The notes beneath the pieces are model-generated. The model searched no databases. It saw only the letters and a list, made by a program, of their open reading frames with translations, and was not told the origin of the DNA. A program made the translations under genes and the position numbers. Positions 11,601 through 22,704 of a DNA stretch of 56,614 nt are shown here, in pieces (the stretch's first letter is position 1; the number at the start of each line of letters is the position of its first letter). The DNA comes from Phoronis australis (Eukaryota; Animalia; Phoronida): NCBI GenBank assembly GCA_002633005.1, contig NMRA01000063.1, positions 887,890 to 944,503 of the forward strand, given 5' to 3'.

Positions 11601-14600
11601 AGGAAGCGGAGTATGTACTAAAAAAAGACAGTCTGCGCATGAAGATCGTCAAGGATGTAGCATTGTAAAAATTCAAAAAGAGGAAACAATACAGTAGCTG
11701 AACCTGTAAATACGCTGGCTGATCTTCTAAATCCAGTGGTGGCATTATTATGTTGGCACAGCTTTGTAGGAAGTTGGCTTGTGTGTTTTCGCAAGCTTTG
11801 TTTGCACCAGAACTGCTGTGTGAACAGCACAAATCTAAATTTACCTGGATTGAATTTTTGTCTAGCCACCGATCATGCTCCTGGGCCAGTGAATTAAGCT
11901 GGTACAGCCACATAGTAATGGTACATTGTTCTTTTGTTTAGCCACTGGATTTTTTGGCCTGACAGTTTCTCAGTGTGGCCATTACATTTAGAATTTTGTT
12001 TCGGGATTTCTGACCACTGTACTGTTTCTTTTCCTTGAAATTGTGTAATTGATCTGAATTTATGTTTCTGCATTTTATTTACCATTATGGATTTTTGTTT
12101 TATGAGTATTACTGACATTTGAGCCCCTGTTGCAGTTTGGCTGGTTTTGTTCATGTATATTTCTGCCTGGGTTGTAAACCCACATTCCTTCCAGGAGTTA
12201 AAGTTTTGATTTAAACCATTTAACTATATAAACTTTTCTCAATTTGTTCTTATCCAGATGGAAAGTGATTTCTGTAATTGCTGTAAATTGACAGTTTGCT
12301 ATTAAGACCTTTTTGTTTGCATAAAATCACACACTATTAGACAAGCCATCTTGTAGAGATGTCCACTTCAAATGAATTTTTGTTGCAGTACTGAAAAGTG
12401 TAGGCACATTAGCCCTGGTGACTCCTTGGTTTTTGGTTAATTGACTATTTTATGGTTCCCATGAGTAATTTCGTAATTGCACGGCAACTGTAATGCAAAC
12501 CATGGTGGAAAAGTATTTCTTCCATGACCATTTCATTGCAAAAATGCTGTCTAATTGAAACCGACAAGCCATTTTTTCATTATGTGGTGTTTATTTGTTG
12601 ATAAGAACATTGATGTGATACATAATTCTCTGTACAAACAGCCACCTCAAGTTTGTGAAGAAGAAGAAATTTACAGTGTTGCCAGCAACATTGCAAAATC
12701 CCTGTTTCGCAGTGAGACTGTGTAATTCCCCGACTTTATTATATGGGATTTGTGTGGTTGACTCTGTCCTGTATCATCTGGTGTGTTGAAAAGGTCTAGA
12801 AGGCATTTGTTTATTAGAGTCATAACATTTGCACTTTTGACTGTACAGCTATCTTTGTATTATATTGTATTATGAAAATGTATTTTGTAGTATACTAGTC
12901 TATGATTTGTGTCTTCTATTTTTCACAAGGAATATTTTCAACTTAGATGAGTTGTATTTGAGGTAGTTAACTTTCAAATGAGATAAGGAATAAAATTGTC
13001 TGACATTGTGTTATTTTTTAAGTGTGTGATCTTCATTTAAAAGAGAATAAATCAGTAAACCTGCATTGTCTAGAACTTTTACTGAAACTGCATATTTAGG
13101 GTTGGGGATTGGAATCTTAATACAACGGAATCTGAACCCAAACCATGAGCAATACAACACAATACATGGATATAAAAATTTGGTGTTTAGTTTCCACGGG
13201 AAGGATTCGTGTGCACGGTAAGAGTTACTGAAGTGCGTGATAAGTGTTCGTGGATACTTTGGGATTCCTCTTCTGTAGTCTTCCACGGGAAACATGGTTG
13301 CATAGAGAACAATAGATTTAGCATCTTCATTGTTCCCATTGTTGTAATAAAGATAATGACAAGCATTCAGACAACGGAAAAAATGATACGACCGATGACC
13401 TATATACGTGCGACGAGTTGCCATGGATAGTGGTGGAGTTTGTCTTGTCGTGCGAATGTTTTCAGAGAACTGCAAACTCGGTATTTCGTCAGGAAAACAA
13501 AAGACTTCTGTGGCCTTTTGTTTTTAAGTCGTATAAAAAATTGTGGTCATGCCACTAAACTTATCATTCATTTGATATTACAATGCATTGCATAAACATT
13601 TAATCAACAGAAAATCTGATTAGAATATGTGTGAAGAAATACTCATATGGAAATTACAAGGCATAACAACTATAAGTCAAAATAACCTACATTTGTCGAG
13701 TTCATGTCTAACCCTGTTCACTGGGGAGGACATAATACATTTTTACAAACATGGAGCCATGTATGGTATCTGGGTGTACAATAGTCCTAGGTGGTAAGTA
13801 ATAAAACATTCAAAACATTCAAGAGGAACAAACTCATTGCAAAAAATCAAAAAAAAAAATTGAAGACAATCTGATTTTACGTGCTGAAACTATGATCTCA
13901 GATATTTGAAGTTCTCATTTTAGTACATTTGAGGTGCCATAACTAATAAACTGGCTGACAAAGTTTTTATTTTATGCAATGAAAGTAACATAATTTGTCT
14001 ACATTTTAGCCAAGTTTTATTCTCATAGCAGTGGGGGCAGATTTGGTGTAGTAGTGTAATAAACATAACCTCAAAATGGCATTATGGGGGGGTGGGGGTA
14101 GTGTAGTAAAACTACTAAATGAGGGTATATTTTTTCAAGACATCTGTGTAACAATCTACTGGCATCACTAAACAATACCATGTGAATAATAGTTCAATAG
14201 CTTGCATTTAAGGAAAAATGTAAACATTTAAACTTGGACAGTTTTTACGTGAAAACATGGCTGCGAAGCCGTAAAATGGGTTTGGGCCCATCACTTTTGT
14301 AGAAAGTAATATTTTGGGAAAATATTTTACCACTGTTTATAGATCCCACAGGACTACCTGTGTGTCAAATTTGGTGAAAATCGGTTGAACCCCACCTTGC
14401 CGCTGGATGGCTGGTGCTCTCATGGACTAGTACTAATAGTAGTTGATGAAATGAGCCTAAATATGGTTAATGTTCACTGTTTTCAAAACTGACTTAAAGT
14501 AAATTTTTGTATGCTAAATGGCTTTTACGCAAGAACTGTAGCTGCTTTTGTCATGTGTAAACATTCTGTTAATGAACTGCATTGAGATTTGTTGTGTTCC

Positions 14601-17600
14601 TTCTACTTCAGTCTGGTAAAATTCTTCTGATGTACAGAGACTGGAAACAGAGGGTTGTCCGTTGGTTGGTGTGGGCTTTGATACTGGTAGGTTATACTGG
14701 TAGGTTACACTGTCTTAAAGTACCTCTGTCATGGTGATGAATCCAGTGGTGTTATTTATGAGCAGCATAACTAAGCTGAATCAATGTGGGTTGACATGCT
14801 ATAAACATCCCTTTTAAAGAATAGATTTGAGGAAGTCTTGAATTATTCTAATGTCATGATCAGCCCAACCCCCTTCTATCCACATTCCAGTCTCACTTGG
14901 AGCTAGTCGTCATTAAATTGACTCTATTCACTAGGTCACATAGTGAGGGTAATTACTGTTTCTTGTCATTCTGAATCTACTTTATTCCATTTTCTTTACG
15001 TATGGGACTTGCAAAAATGATGGAAACCATGACATCTGAATAGAGGATTAAAAAATAGACTATTTTGGTTTTTGAATTTTCAAAATTGGTGAAGTAAAAG
15101 TGATTTTGTGATCAAATACTCATTAAGTATTTCCCAGCATGGCTCATAATGCATCACTAACTCACAATAAAAGCTGGGCCTGAAACAGGGTGTTCCATTG
15201 AAACATGAATCCTGGTGTAAAACAGATATCCCGAAGTCAAAAACTGTCTCTCGCACCTTCAAAACAGCTAACCAGCCTAAAAAGCACGAACCCTAATTTT
15301 TAAAACAGGAACCTCGGGGATTGGGCAGGAAACTCGGACAATTTTTTAAATTTTCTTTTAATTGTTGTCAGTAGTGTGTTATTTGACTTGTGCGAGTCCG
15401 TCATATTTCTGGGAAACACTCACTATTTTCCTGTAGATGTGACAATGGCTGCCCATGACTTTGGACAGCTCTGACTACTGCTGTGTCCTCAGTAGCAATT
15501 TTATTTTTTACCTTTGCCTCTATATATTCATGAAATTTGGAATTACGTTCCTGTTATGAAGACGACAGCATCTTTCCAATTTGTGATGGATTCGACGTAT
15601 TCTGTGCCACCCAGTGGCAAGCATTTTTTTTGGTCAGCTTTTTTGCCATCTGCTTATCTGCCAAACAGCTCAGAGGACAATTATGAAAATTGGTAGATGA
15701 TCTGTTCATACAGACATGAGCAGACCGTCTGCTGGTGTGGATTTTCAGATGGGTCCATCATAACTGTGATGCTCCCTAGTGACACAATGTTTGCATGTGT
15801 GGCTGTATCTGCTAAACCCCTTGCAAGATCACAATTTGTCAAGTCAGACATATTAACAACGACTACTGTTGTGCCTCGTAATGATAATTTGTTTTTATGC
15901 GCCCACATATTTATATGTGGACGCATTATGCCGTCATCTCTGTCCGTCCGTCCGTCCGTCCGNNNNNNNNNNNNNNNNNNNNNNNNNNNNNNNNNNNNNN
16001 NNNNNNNNNNNNNNNNNNNNNNNNNNNNNNNNNNNNNNNNNNNNNNNNNNNNNNNNNNNNNNNNNNNNNNNNNNNNNNNNNNNNNNNNNNNNNNNNNNNN
16101 NNNNNNNNNNNNNNNNNNNNNNNNNNNNNNNNNNNNNNNNNNNNNNNNNNNNNNNNNNNNNNNNNNNNNNNNNNNNNNNNNNNNNNNNNNNNNNNNNNNN
16201 NNNNNNNNNNNNNNNNNNNNNNNNNNNNNNNNNNNNNNNNNNNNNNNNNNNNNNNNNNNNNNNNNNNNNNNNNNNNNNNNNNNNNNNNNNNNNNNNNNNN
16301 NNNNNNNNNNNNNNNNNNNNNNNNNNNNNNNNNNNNNNNNNNNNNNNNNNNNNNNNNNNNNNNNNNNNNNNNNNNNNNNNNNNNNNNNNNNNNNNNNNNN
16401 NNNNNNNNNNNNNNNNNNNNNNNNNNNNNNNNNNNNNNNNNNNNNNNNNNNNNNNNNNNNNNNNNNNNNNNNNNNNNNNNNNNNNNNNNNNNNNNNNNNN
16501 NNNNNNNNNNNNNNNNNNNNNNNNNNNNNNNNNNNNNNNNNNNNNNNNNNNNNNNNNNNNNNNNNNNNNNNNNNNNNNNNNNNNNNNNNNNNNNNNNNNN
16601 NNNNNNNNNNNNNNNNNNNNNNNNNNNNNNNNNNNNNNNNNNNNNNNNNNNNNNNNNNNNNNNNNNNNNNNNNNNNNNNNNNNNNNNNNNNNNNNNNNNN
16701 NNNNNNNNNNNNNNNNNNNNNNNNNNNNNNNNNNNNNNNNNNNNNNNNNNNNNNNNNNNNNNNNNNNNNNNNNNNNNNNNNNNNNNNNNNNNNNNNNNNN
16801 NNNNNNNNNNNNNNNNNNNNNNNNNNNNNNNNNNNNNNNNNNNNNNNNNNNNNNNNNNNNNNNNNNNNNNNNNNNNNNTGTGATGTTGACAACGGACGAT
16901 GACGACTTTAGGATGATTCTGACTACCGGTATTCCTCTAGTGGCAATTTTAGTATTTGCCTCTAGTGGCAATTTTCGTATTTTACATTGACCTCTGTATT
17001 TTCTTCAGGTGTGTACTTTGTGTTACTTCGTGACTATGAAGGAAAAGTTCCAAGTAGAAATTTGTTTCTGGCATTCTAATGCTGTGCTAATCTCGTATGT
17101 TGGTAAATTTGTTTTTAATTCTATGTTTTTGTGGTGCTTTAAGCAACTGGTGTATAGGATGTGCTTGTATTATGAAGATTACTCACATTTTGCCCCTAGC
17201 CTATTGAGGAGACAAGGACCATTCCTTTCCATTTTGCAAAGTACAACATACTACATATATGCCCTCTACTGGCCACTTTATGGTACCAATAAAAAACCCT
17301 AGAAGGATACCGTATGCGGTGCAATTGTGGGCGCATTTCAACGCTCTGCGTTGCTCTTGTTTACATGTGCCGCTGTATATTTGGAATTTTTTGGTGGATT
17401 CTCATGAAATTCTACAAACCGTTTTGTAATAGAGATATGAGGACGCTTTCCCAATTTGGATGGGTTTGATGTATTCTGTGCCATCTAATGGTCATTTTAT
17501 GATACTATGAAGAAGCACATCGTTTGTGTTGCAGTCATGGGTGCATTTCAAGGCTCTGCATGACTCTTGTAGCTATTTGTGGCATTGTGGCCATATTGGA

Positions 17601-20600
17601 TGCACATTGATCCTCCATTGTCTTGTTTTCAGTCATGTTGAAAACAAATTTCTTTTACTAAACAAACAACATTTAACAATGAAACAACATGTCTGCCCAG
17701 AAATCCCTATCCATAACTGAGTAGAATATAATATTTTATAGAACGTCTAATGCATACAATGAGTTATAATTTGATCTAAATGATACAAAGTACATATTAC
17801 TACACTTTGTAAGAATATCACTTACTACTATTCTTGCCTGGCATTGGAACCCAGATGAAGGTTCAAATGCTTGGCACACATACATTAGACTACAACCAAT
17901 TAAAAAAGTTAAAGGAGAATGCCACCCGATTTAATTAGTCTTTGCCGTCTTAATCGGTCTATATCCACATCGCTTTGCATAGGTCGGGATTGCGAGTTGC
18001 CACTTGGCATATTGACGTTTATTACTGAGCGTTTTGTTTCAAAATGAATCATTCTCACCCTAACCAATATAAAACTGAAACAAGGTCTGTCACATTAGAT
18101 GCAATTTGTAATACCTTTGGAGTGCTCGTGAGTGCAAATGATTTGAGAAGCCAGCAATGAATAAATCACTGCGTTACCGGCTTTAGGTGCAATAAACTAA
18201 TTGACGGGACACCGAGGCTGTGTGAGCTCATGCTTATTCAGTGTTTGCTGGCAGAAACTGTTGTGAAACAACTCGATTTCTATCCCACGGCCAGGTGTTA
18301 GGGGAATCTTTATTTACATTATTCAAATAATGATTTTCAATGTACAACTTCTATCCTGACGGTTTTGTTGCCAAAGCGGAACCTGAATTCGCGGACCCCG
18401 ACGATTGAGTAAGTAGATTTGCTGTTTTGTGGTTAATTCACCAACATAATTACATGCACATTACTTCTTTGGCTCACTAGTATAGTATTTTCTTGACTGG
18501 AAGCTGGTTTATGTTCGTGATGTCTTCAGTTCCGCCGGCTGCGACGGGCCTGATCAGTTTCCGAGCCACTGGCCGGGATAACGAGTCAGTCCGGCCGCAA
18601 CGGGCCTGATTGGGCTCTGAGCCACTGGCCAAGATAACAAGCGTTTCGTGTGTTTAGAACTCAAAAAATCGCAAGTCTAAACAACACAAATCTAGGTTGT
18701 CCTGTCTGTATCTCACGGAAAAATACTTCGACTTTATCTCCGAACAGACCCCGAACTCCTGCTACGGACCTTGCCTGCCATACTCTGTAGGCTACGGTGT
18801 GTCCAAATACCAATAAATACGTAACATCGAAATAAAACAACACGTTTTTATAAGAACTCAGTGTATTTTTAAGGGTTTTGTATCGAAGTTTGATGATTTA
18901 CTGGTGTTAAACGTTGAATTCAAGCAATAAGCTGACTCCAGTAACCCGTGTTTTGAACTGCTGAACAGACTGCATGTGAAACCAATTACGTCATTGGATA
19001 ATTTCAACACCTCTGTCTGCCGTCAGGTGTCAGGTAACGCAACCGTACGTGACGTTATCGAGTAGGATTACTCGATCTAAATTGATACTAATTAGGTTGT
19101 TTTTTGGGTGGCATGCTCCTTTAACACACTGTAAACTACTACACAAAATGAATAGATTGACTACAGTGACAACTAGAAAATGAAGAGTGGTCAACTTTGA
19201 AATTCGTTGACATTTTTTTGAAATATAAAATTAAGATTAATGTTGATTTTCTGATAACATCCAGTGTGCTTTGGTGATATTTTGTAATTGGAAGCTGGTC
19301 CTAACAGTAGGTGTAGTATATTCACACCGGAGGTGTAGTACGTTAACACAGTAGGTGTAGTATTTTCACACAGGAGGTGTAGTATATTCACACAGTATGT
19401 GTAGTATACATACAGGAAGTGTAGTACGTTCACACAGCAGGTGTACGCTCACACAGCAGGTGTAGTATATTCACACCGGAGGTGTAGTACGTTAACACAG
19501 TAGGTGTAGTATTTTCACACAGGAGGTGTGGTACGTTCACACAGAAGGTGTAGTACGTTCACACAGGTGTCAGTAGTAGGTTCACACAGGAGGTGTAAGT
19601 AGTACATTTGCACAGGAAGTGTAATACGTTCACACAGGAGGTGCATTACATTCAGAGAGGAGGTGTAGTACATTCACTAGGTAATGGAAAGTGTACTCTT
19701 AACAATATTTCAACTGAGATGCGTGCACATTTAATGTAGAAATACTAACAATTTCCTTGATTTGTTTCATATTTCTAATTGACTTCACTTCCAGGGGGTC
19801 ATCTCTGGTATTTTGTGCAATTTTTCACAGAATGATGGACCAATACCCGTCAATAAAAATCTGTGGTAAGTTGTTGATTAAAATTGATTTTTACTTACAC
19901 CGAATATTTTCCCAAAATTGCTAATTCTACATAAAATCTCAATTACTTCCATGTTTAAGATCTGATAATGAAATTCTCTAAATCTGTTACAAAATATTTC
20001 ATGTGTGGCTCATGTTTTTGTCACGGAGAGGATGATATACTTCCTTTTGTCATGAAGAGGATGATATACTTGCTTTTGTCATGAAGAGAATGATATACTT
20101 GCTTTTGTCATGGAGAGAATGATATACTTACTTTTGTCATGGAGAGGATGATATACTTCCTTTTGTCATAGAGAGAATGATATACTTCCTTTTGTCATGG
20201 AGAGGATGATATACTTTCTTTTGTCATGGAGAGGATGATATACTTACTTTTGTCATGGAGAGAATGATATACTTACTTTTGTCATGGAGAGGATGATATA
20301 CTTCCTTTTGTCATAGAGAGAATGATATACTTTCTTTTGTCATGGAGAGAATGATATACTTACTTTTGTCATGGAGAGGATGATATACTTCCTTTTGTCA
20401 TGGAGAGAATGATATACTTCCTTTTGTCATGGAGAGGATGATATACTTCCTTTTGTCATGGAGAGAATGATATACTTCCTTTTGTCACGGAGAGGATGAT
20501 ATACTTCCTTTTGTCACAAAGAGGATGATATACTTCCTTTTATCATGGAGAGGATGATATACTTCCTTTTGTCATGGAGAGAATGATATACTTCCTTTTG

Positions 20601-22704
20601 TCACGGAGAGGATGATATACTTCCTTTTGTCACATTTTGCTTTTTGATCTGTGATATCTCTGTGATAATCAATGTTTGTTTTAGTTGTCATGGAATAAGT
20701 GCAATCTATTCCCAGTTCATGCAAAAAATAACACGTTTCATTTAATATCATACAAAATGTGAAATGGTAAATGAATTGAAAATTTTCAAATGAAAACAGG
20801 ATAAACAATGAAATTTTTCGAAAAAAACAAGATGCAGCAATTTCATTGTTTATATGAGCTAAAATGAAGGCCTTTTTTCATGGTTGAAGTCATTAAAGGA
20901 GACTGGTGTTTAGAAAGTTCATTGTAAAGATTCATTCAAGTCAAACTCTTGTTTTGGCAAAAAGAAATTCAGAAAACCATTTTGGGAAGAAAAATCTGCA
21001 TCCAGTTTTAGTATTGAAGAGAGTGTTAATTACTTCTAGAGATTGACATGTCTAATGTATTTTTTGTTGAAAATTGTTGTCATTTCTACTCTTCTTTATG
21101 GAAACTGTGTAATTATATTTCACATAGTCTTGCCTTTGTAACTATTTGATGAAGTATTGAACTCTCCACATTGTCTCCTGTAGCTATTTGATGAAGTATT
21201 GAACTCTCCACATTGTCTCCTGTAGCTATTTGATGAAGTATTGAACTCTCCACATTGTCTCCTGTACCTATTTGATGAAGTATTTAACTCTCCACATTGT
21301 CTTCTGTACCTATTTGATGAAGTATTTAACTCTCCACATTGTCTCCTTTTACAAAATGATAGGCAAATTGTGCATCACAGCAAACGTCCATTCTGAATCA
21401 GTTGTACATGGCTTGTATTACACTTATGGTGTAAAGGTTATTTCCCATTTGTTATTCTAATAATTCTTGAAATTATATTTTTGCATGTCCCAGCTAACTG
21501 AAAATAAGTGGTTGTGAAAATGATTTTAGCAATCTCCAAAACAGGTTAAATCAGTTGTTTATCTGAGTTGTTGACGTCTCTCAAACTTATTAATTTTATC
21601 GCATACGGTAGTTTTCTACCCATGTACCTAGTCATCTCAGAAAAACTGGCTGCACCAGACGTGAGTATAGTGAGAATGACCGGCAGTTTAATACTATTCT
21701 ACTCTTTTGTTGTAGGTCATTATCGTATGTGACCACAATGGCTTGCTTTGCCTTTATACTATTAGCCATATTTTATGTAACCATAGATGTCTACAAGGTG
21801 TGGTCCGGTGCTCCCTTCTTTTATCCAGGTAGGCATTTTGGCCACTGTCATTTGTTTTGTTACACACTTAACTTCAGAAAATTTCAAAATTCTGTATTTA
21901 AGCCATTGTCGAATTCTTCCATGAAGAAGAATGAAATATGCTTGGCAACTTTAACAAGATTGATATATTCACAATTTTCAAAGTTTAACATACCTCTGTT
22001 ATTTTTCAACATCAACTGTAAAATAATAACAATGCATTGGAATGCGACACAGTTATGAATGACCTCATAATGTTAATATTTATTGTAAACCACAGTAGAT
22101 GTACACACCACCCAGGAATCTGATTGTTGGTTTGAAGTGTTTCAGCACATGTAATGATAGGAAATGAACCAAAGACAATTTATGAAACATCAATTCTATC
22201 TGACAAAGCATGTCTCACCAAAGCACTGTCACCAGCATATAGTGTTCTTTGTTCATAACTTTACAAGTTTCCATTTGTCTTTTTCATTATATTTTATCTT
22301 AATTACATTCTTTTTAACTAAGACACAGCCAAAGAAGGGTTTATATGTGTCAGCTTGCAATGTTTTCCATGCACATTACTGGAGCTTCTTGTAGACAAGA
22401 CATATGTGATCAAACTTGCAGTTCCGATATCAAGAGGCGTTTGTGATCTGTTTTTCTTTGTCAGTGTAAAGAGACTGAGGAGTGTAATCAAGACCCACAT
22501 TGTGAATCATTTCATGTTTCAGGTATGAACCCAATCCTCATCTACTGCGGCTCAGAGGTGTTGGCCAACTACTTCCCCATCTCATTCACGGTGCCTGGTA
22601 TGGACACACACGCCGCCCAACTGGCTGTGGATATCTGGGGTACAACCTTCTGGGTGTTAGTAGCGGTCTATCTGCACCAGAAGGAGATGTTCTTCTCTGT
22701 GTAG
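501..22704 (+). CDS. HGSNAT: Heparan-alpha-glucosaminide N-acetyltransferase, 3' part (7 coding exons; 5' exons lie upstream of the window)
   Basis: Exons 501-625, 5334-5460, 6567-6653, 14612-14686, 19795-19865, 21716-21828 and 22523-22704 are all AG/GT-bounded with compatible phases. The splice reads ...[20 protein letters not shown]...[21 protein letters not shown]...[12 protein letters not shown]...QSGKILL...[15 protein letters not shown]...[13 protein letters not shown]...FFSV*, matching the remembered human HGSNAT C-terminal half motif by motif. Confidence 0.96.
1880..2340 (+). repeat. Old degenerate fragment of the family A core repeat
   Basis: Diverged matches to core phrases (gaaatttggc, cctccttgtggcaattttt); boundaries approximate. 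Confidence 0.5.
2344..4295 (+). mobile_element. Full-length HINE/DINE-1-like element, family A, with ~447-bp higher-order tandem core
   Basis: Starts in a T-run. Layout is 5' subTIR ATGCGCCCACA with adjacent hairpin, (CCGT)n microsatellite, ~3.3 copies of a ~447-bp unit, 3' subTIR TGTGGGCGCAT, stem-loop, TT end. No TSD, as expected for Helentron derivatives. Confidence 0.82.
4860..4967. repeat. Short imperfect inverted repeat (hairpin or mini-MITE)
   Basis: gtctcaagtttatgacatgggcaaaacctcgtggaaat pairs with atttccaagaggtgttgctcatgtcataaacctgagac; ~38-bp arms. Confidence 0.8.
5334..5460 (+). CDS. HGSNAT: HGSNAT internal exon (GYLGPGG...[15 protein letters not shown]...)
   Basis: ttacag acceptor, gtgagc donor, 127 nt; hallmark GYLGPGG and [11 protein letters not shown] motifs. 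Confidence 0.95.
5587..5673. repeat. (GCT)n/(GGT)n trinucleotide microsatellite, intronic
   Basis: ~18 GCT, ~6 GGT, ~5 GCT. Confidence 0.95.
5938..6400 (+). repeat. Old degenerate family A-related HINE copy (5' end and core)
   Basis: tttttgtgctcccatacatatgtatgtgggcac terminal hairpin, then core-like gtgccccta and gcaccacctagtggcc; 3' boundary approximate. Confidence 0.55.
6567..6653 (+). CDS. HGSNAT: HGSNAT internal exon ([29 protein letters not shown])
   Basis: ttacag acceptor, gtaagt donor, 87 nt; conserved DPEG motif. Confidence 0.95.
9743..10159. mobile_element. hAT-like MITE nested in the 8945-10704 element (interior is a gap)
   Basis: CAGTGGCAGATTTAG...CTAAATCCGCCTAT termini with G/C runs; same terminus type as 29295-29783; TSD not seen. 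Confidence 0.6.
9820..10120. other. Assembly gap (301 N)
   Basis: N run. Confidence 1.
14612..14686 (+). CDS. HGSNAT: HGSNAT internal exon ([25 protein letters not shown])
   Basis: cttcag acceptor, gtaggt donor, 75 nt. Confidence 0.92.
15892..17362 (+). mobile_element. Young family A HINE copy (core hidden in an assembly gap)
   Basis: Same 5' terminus and (CCGT)n as 2344; same 3' ~450 bp as the end of the 2344-4295 copy. Confidence 0.82.
15963..16878. other. Assembly gap (916 N)
   Basis: N run inside a tandem-repeat-bearing element. Confidence 1.
17913..19120. mobile_element. Kolobok-type non-autonomous element (second family)
   Basis: TTAA|AGGAGAATGCCACCC...GGGTGGCATGCTCCT|TTAA; AGG/CCT termini and TTAA TSD; internal ~55-bp tandem duplication at ~18535-18640. 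Confidence 0.8.
19305..19680. repeat. ~22-bp minisatellite (ttcacacaggaggtgtagtacg)
   Basis: About 16 imperfect tandem units. Confidence 0.9.
19795..19865 (+). CDS. HGSNAT: HGSNAT internal exon ([24 protein letters not shown])
   Basis: ttccag acceptor, gtaagt donor, 71 nt; IPVNKNLW motif. Confidence 0.95.
20016..20632. repeat. 29-bp minisatellite (cttttgtcatggagaggatgatatacttc)
   Basis: About 21 near-perfect head-to-tail units, no spacers. Confidence 0.95.
21137..21347. repeat. 42-bp minisatellite
   Basis: 5 units of tgtagctatttgatgaagtattgaactctccacattgtctcc. Confidence 0.93.
21716..21828 (+). CDS. HGSNAT: HGSNAT penultimate exon ([13 protein letters not shown]...[10 protein letters not shown])
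   Basis: ttgtag acceptor, gtaggc donor, 113 nt. Confidence 0.95.
22523..22704 (+). CDS. HGSNAT: HGSNAT last coding exon ([12 protein letters not shown]...KEMFFSV*)
   Basis: tttcag acceptor; stop TAG at 22702-22704. Confidence 0.95.

Larger units (their letters stand above)
6870..11668 (+). pseudogene. Degraded, intron-containing NOA1/YqeH-like circularly permuted GTPase nested in an HGSNAT intron
   Basis: Motif remnants occur in cpGTPase order: LCQRS (6934-6948; cf CQRC), [19 protein letters not shown] (to 7203; G4), MTNVSK (7462-7479; G1 GxTNVGK), FPW.GT (~7525-7545; G2), FFDTP* (8419-8436; G3 DTPG), [13 protein letters not shown]...KSLLPEDV (11324-11470; cf NOA1 DIKFSSAGWVSVT...PPLLPYIV). 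Splice-like boundaries are present, with many stops and frameshifts. Confidence 0.55.
15400..17572 (+). repeat. Old family A-related HINE copy interrupted by the young copy
   Basis: Degenerate core at 15400-15890 resumes at 17363 and ends in tgggtgcatttcaaggctctgcatgactcttgt, a decayed version of the family A 3' end. Confidence 0.6.

Noticed and set aside
13780-14428. Possible Academ-like right end (...CTCATGGACTA)
   Set aside because: No convincing partner TIR or TSD; probably a TE fragment, but it cannot be delimited.
15681-16990. Long ORFs of 328-403 aa (and 112-153 aa at 9745-10237)
   Set aside because: They are mostly X residues read through N gaps, flanked by non-coding repeat sequence.
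20016-20632. CRISPR-like 29-bp array (also the 39-, 42- and 49-bp arrays)
   Set aside because: Units are head-to-tail with no unique spacers, there are no cas genes, and the context is eukaryotic introns/UTR.
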